The notes beneath the pieces were generated by a model. It was not told the origin of the DNA, searched no databases, and saw nothing but the letters and a program-made list of their open reading frames with translations. The position numbers and the translations under genes were made by a program. From contig OY740794.1 in assembly GCA_963514005.1 (NCBI GenBank), positions 26,660,001 to 26,724,000 on the forward strand: a DNA stretch of 64,000 nucleotides, in the 5' to 3' direction. The DNA is from Raja brachyura. Lineage: Eukaryota. Every line of letters starts with the position of its first letter. The stretch's first letter is position 1. Shown one piece after another: positions 62,854 through 64,000 of the stretch.

Positions 62854-63793
62854 AGTGCCTGTTGCCCTTAGGCAATTTTTTCGGCGACCAGGCTATCGGC
62901 ACATGGTCGCAGGATGACGCCTATATGGTCGTGAGTTGTCTCCTCAAGTCGCCTAAAAAGTCGGAATTTTTTTTCTTGTCACCGCTGGATTTGGAAATGT
63001 TCGAAACCTTTCGCCGACCGTGGGTTTGACATAGCTTGTCTTCTCCTGTCATAGGTTGTCGCCAGGATGATGCAGGTTGTCGCCAGGTGATGGCTTTGGA
63101 GAATTGCATTGGCGACTACCTACGTCAATCTACGTCTACCAGCGACAGGTACCAACGACTGAATTGTCTTCAGTTGTCTCCGACAGAGTCTTAGCTTGTC
63201 GTGGCTTGACTTTGGTTGTCGCCTGTGTGGTCGTAGGTGGACAACCTAATGGGTCGCCGGGGGGGTCCAGTCGGTGCTTTTTCGGCAACCTGCTACGACT
63301 GACTGTCGCTGGCAGTCACCGAAAAAAATCGCCTAAAGGGCCTGTCCCACCAGCATGCGTCGAGCGCGACCTAACATGGTCGCTTGAGGCGTACGGCCTC
63401 GCGGGGCTGGTCCCACTTTGATCGCCGGAGCCGAATGGAGTTGTGCGGGGCTGGTCCAGACAGCTCCGAAAAACTGACACTGCTCAAAAATCCCGCGCGG
63501 CAACGGCCTGTTGGCCCGCAGCTGCATCGAGGATGTGCGCAACGTCTCGACATCGTACGCAGCGTGCCGTTGCGTGATGACGACACCGCCAGACGCTGTG
63601 CGACATCCAAATTCAGTCGGCCTGCCTCCTGCCCAGCTGATTGGTGAGGATGTCGGGACCAGCTCCATACGGCTCAGCGGTTGGAAGTGGGACCGGCCCC
63701 GCGAGGCCGTACGCCTCAAGCCACCACGTTTGGTCGCGATCGCCGCATGCAGTCGCATGCTGGTGGGACAGGCCCTTAAGTGGGACAGGCACT
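62854..63793. mobile_element. PIF/Harbinger-type MITE (outer element)
   Basis: TTA TSD (62851-62853, 63794-63796). Left TIR agtgcctgttgcccttaggcaattttt matches the reconstructed right TIR aaaaatcgcctaa+gtgggacaggcact. Confidence 0.85.
63337..63776. mobile_element. PIF/Harbinger-type MITE (inner element), long TIRs, related to the 60827 element
   Basis: agggcctgtcccaccagcatgcg ... cgcatgctggtgggacaggccct; TAA TSD (63334-63336, 63777-63779). Confidence 0.88.
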
Positions 63794-64000
63794 TTAAAGG
63801 TTCAGGTTAATTACCTCTCAAAGGGAATACCTGCAATAAGCTGTTGAAACCTGGACTGAATTATTCTACTGAGTTATAAGGAATAATCATAGCTTTAGAC
63901 TTAATGTGCAATACTGCACCATTATCCCCATTTGCTTTGCGTGTTTTGTTCGAGCACTTTAATTATAACCTCTTTGAGAAAACAAGGTATTAGTAAACCT

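Noticed and set aside
57771-64000. PRKCI exon 1 or a promoter CpG island in the GC-rich patches at 60.8-63.8 kb
   Set aside because: No VRVKAYY-like exon found. The main CpG-rich patches are bounded by TIRs and TSDs, so they are MITEs.

Overview
Eukaryotic (vertebrate) genomic DNA, most likely a cartilaginous fish such as a skate or ray, inferred from abundant HE1/V-SINE-like SINEs, CR1, Rex1/Babar and Penelope-derived repeats. The only host gene is atypical protein kinase C iota (PRKCI) on the minus strand. Coding exons 2-18 can be read directly with GT-AG boundaries (57770 down to the TGA at 13905-13903); exon 1 lies beyond the window. A putative long 3'UTR runs towards ~6180. Introns and flanks are packed with transposon relics, and there is one 138-nt assembly gap. 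Most notable observations: (i) an extra in-frame 42-nt exon in the PKCiota hinge with a downstream TGCATG (RBFOX) site; (ii) minimal hammerhead-ribozyme cores in a Penelope terminal repeat and in many fold-back derivatives, some inside the putative 3'UTR; (iii) a Harbinger-type MITE inserted into the TIR of another; (iv) inverted SINEs around exons 15-16. Exon numbers follow human PRKCI from memory, and repeat family names were assigned by eye, not by database search.
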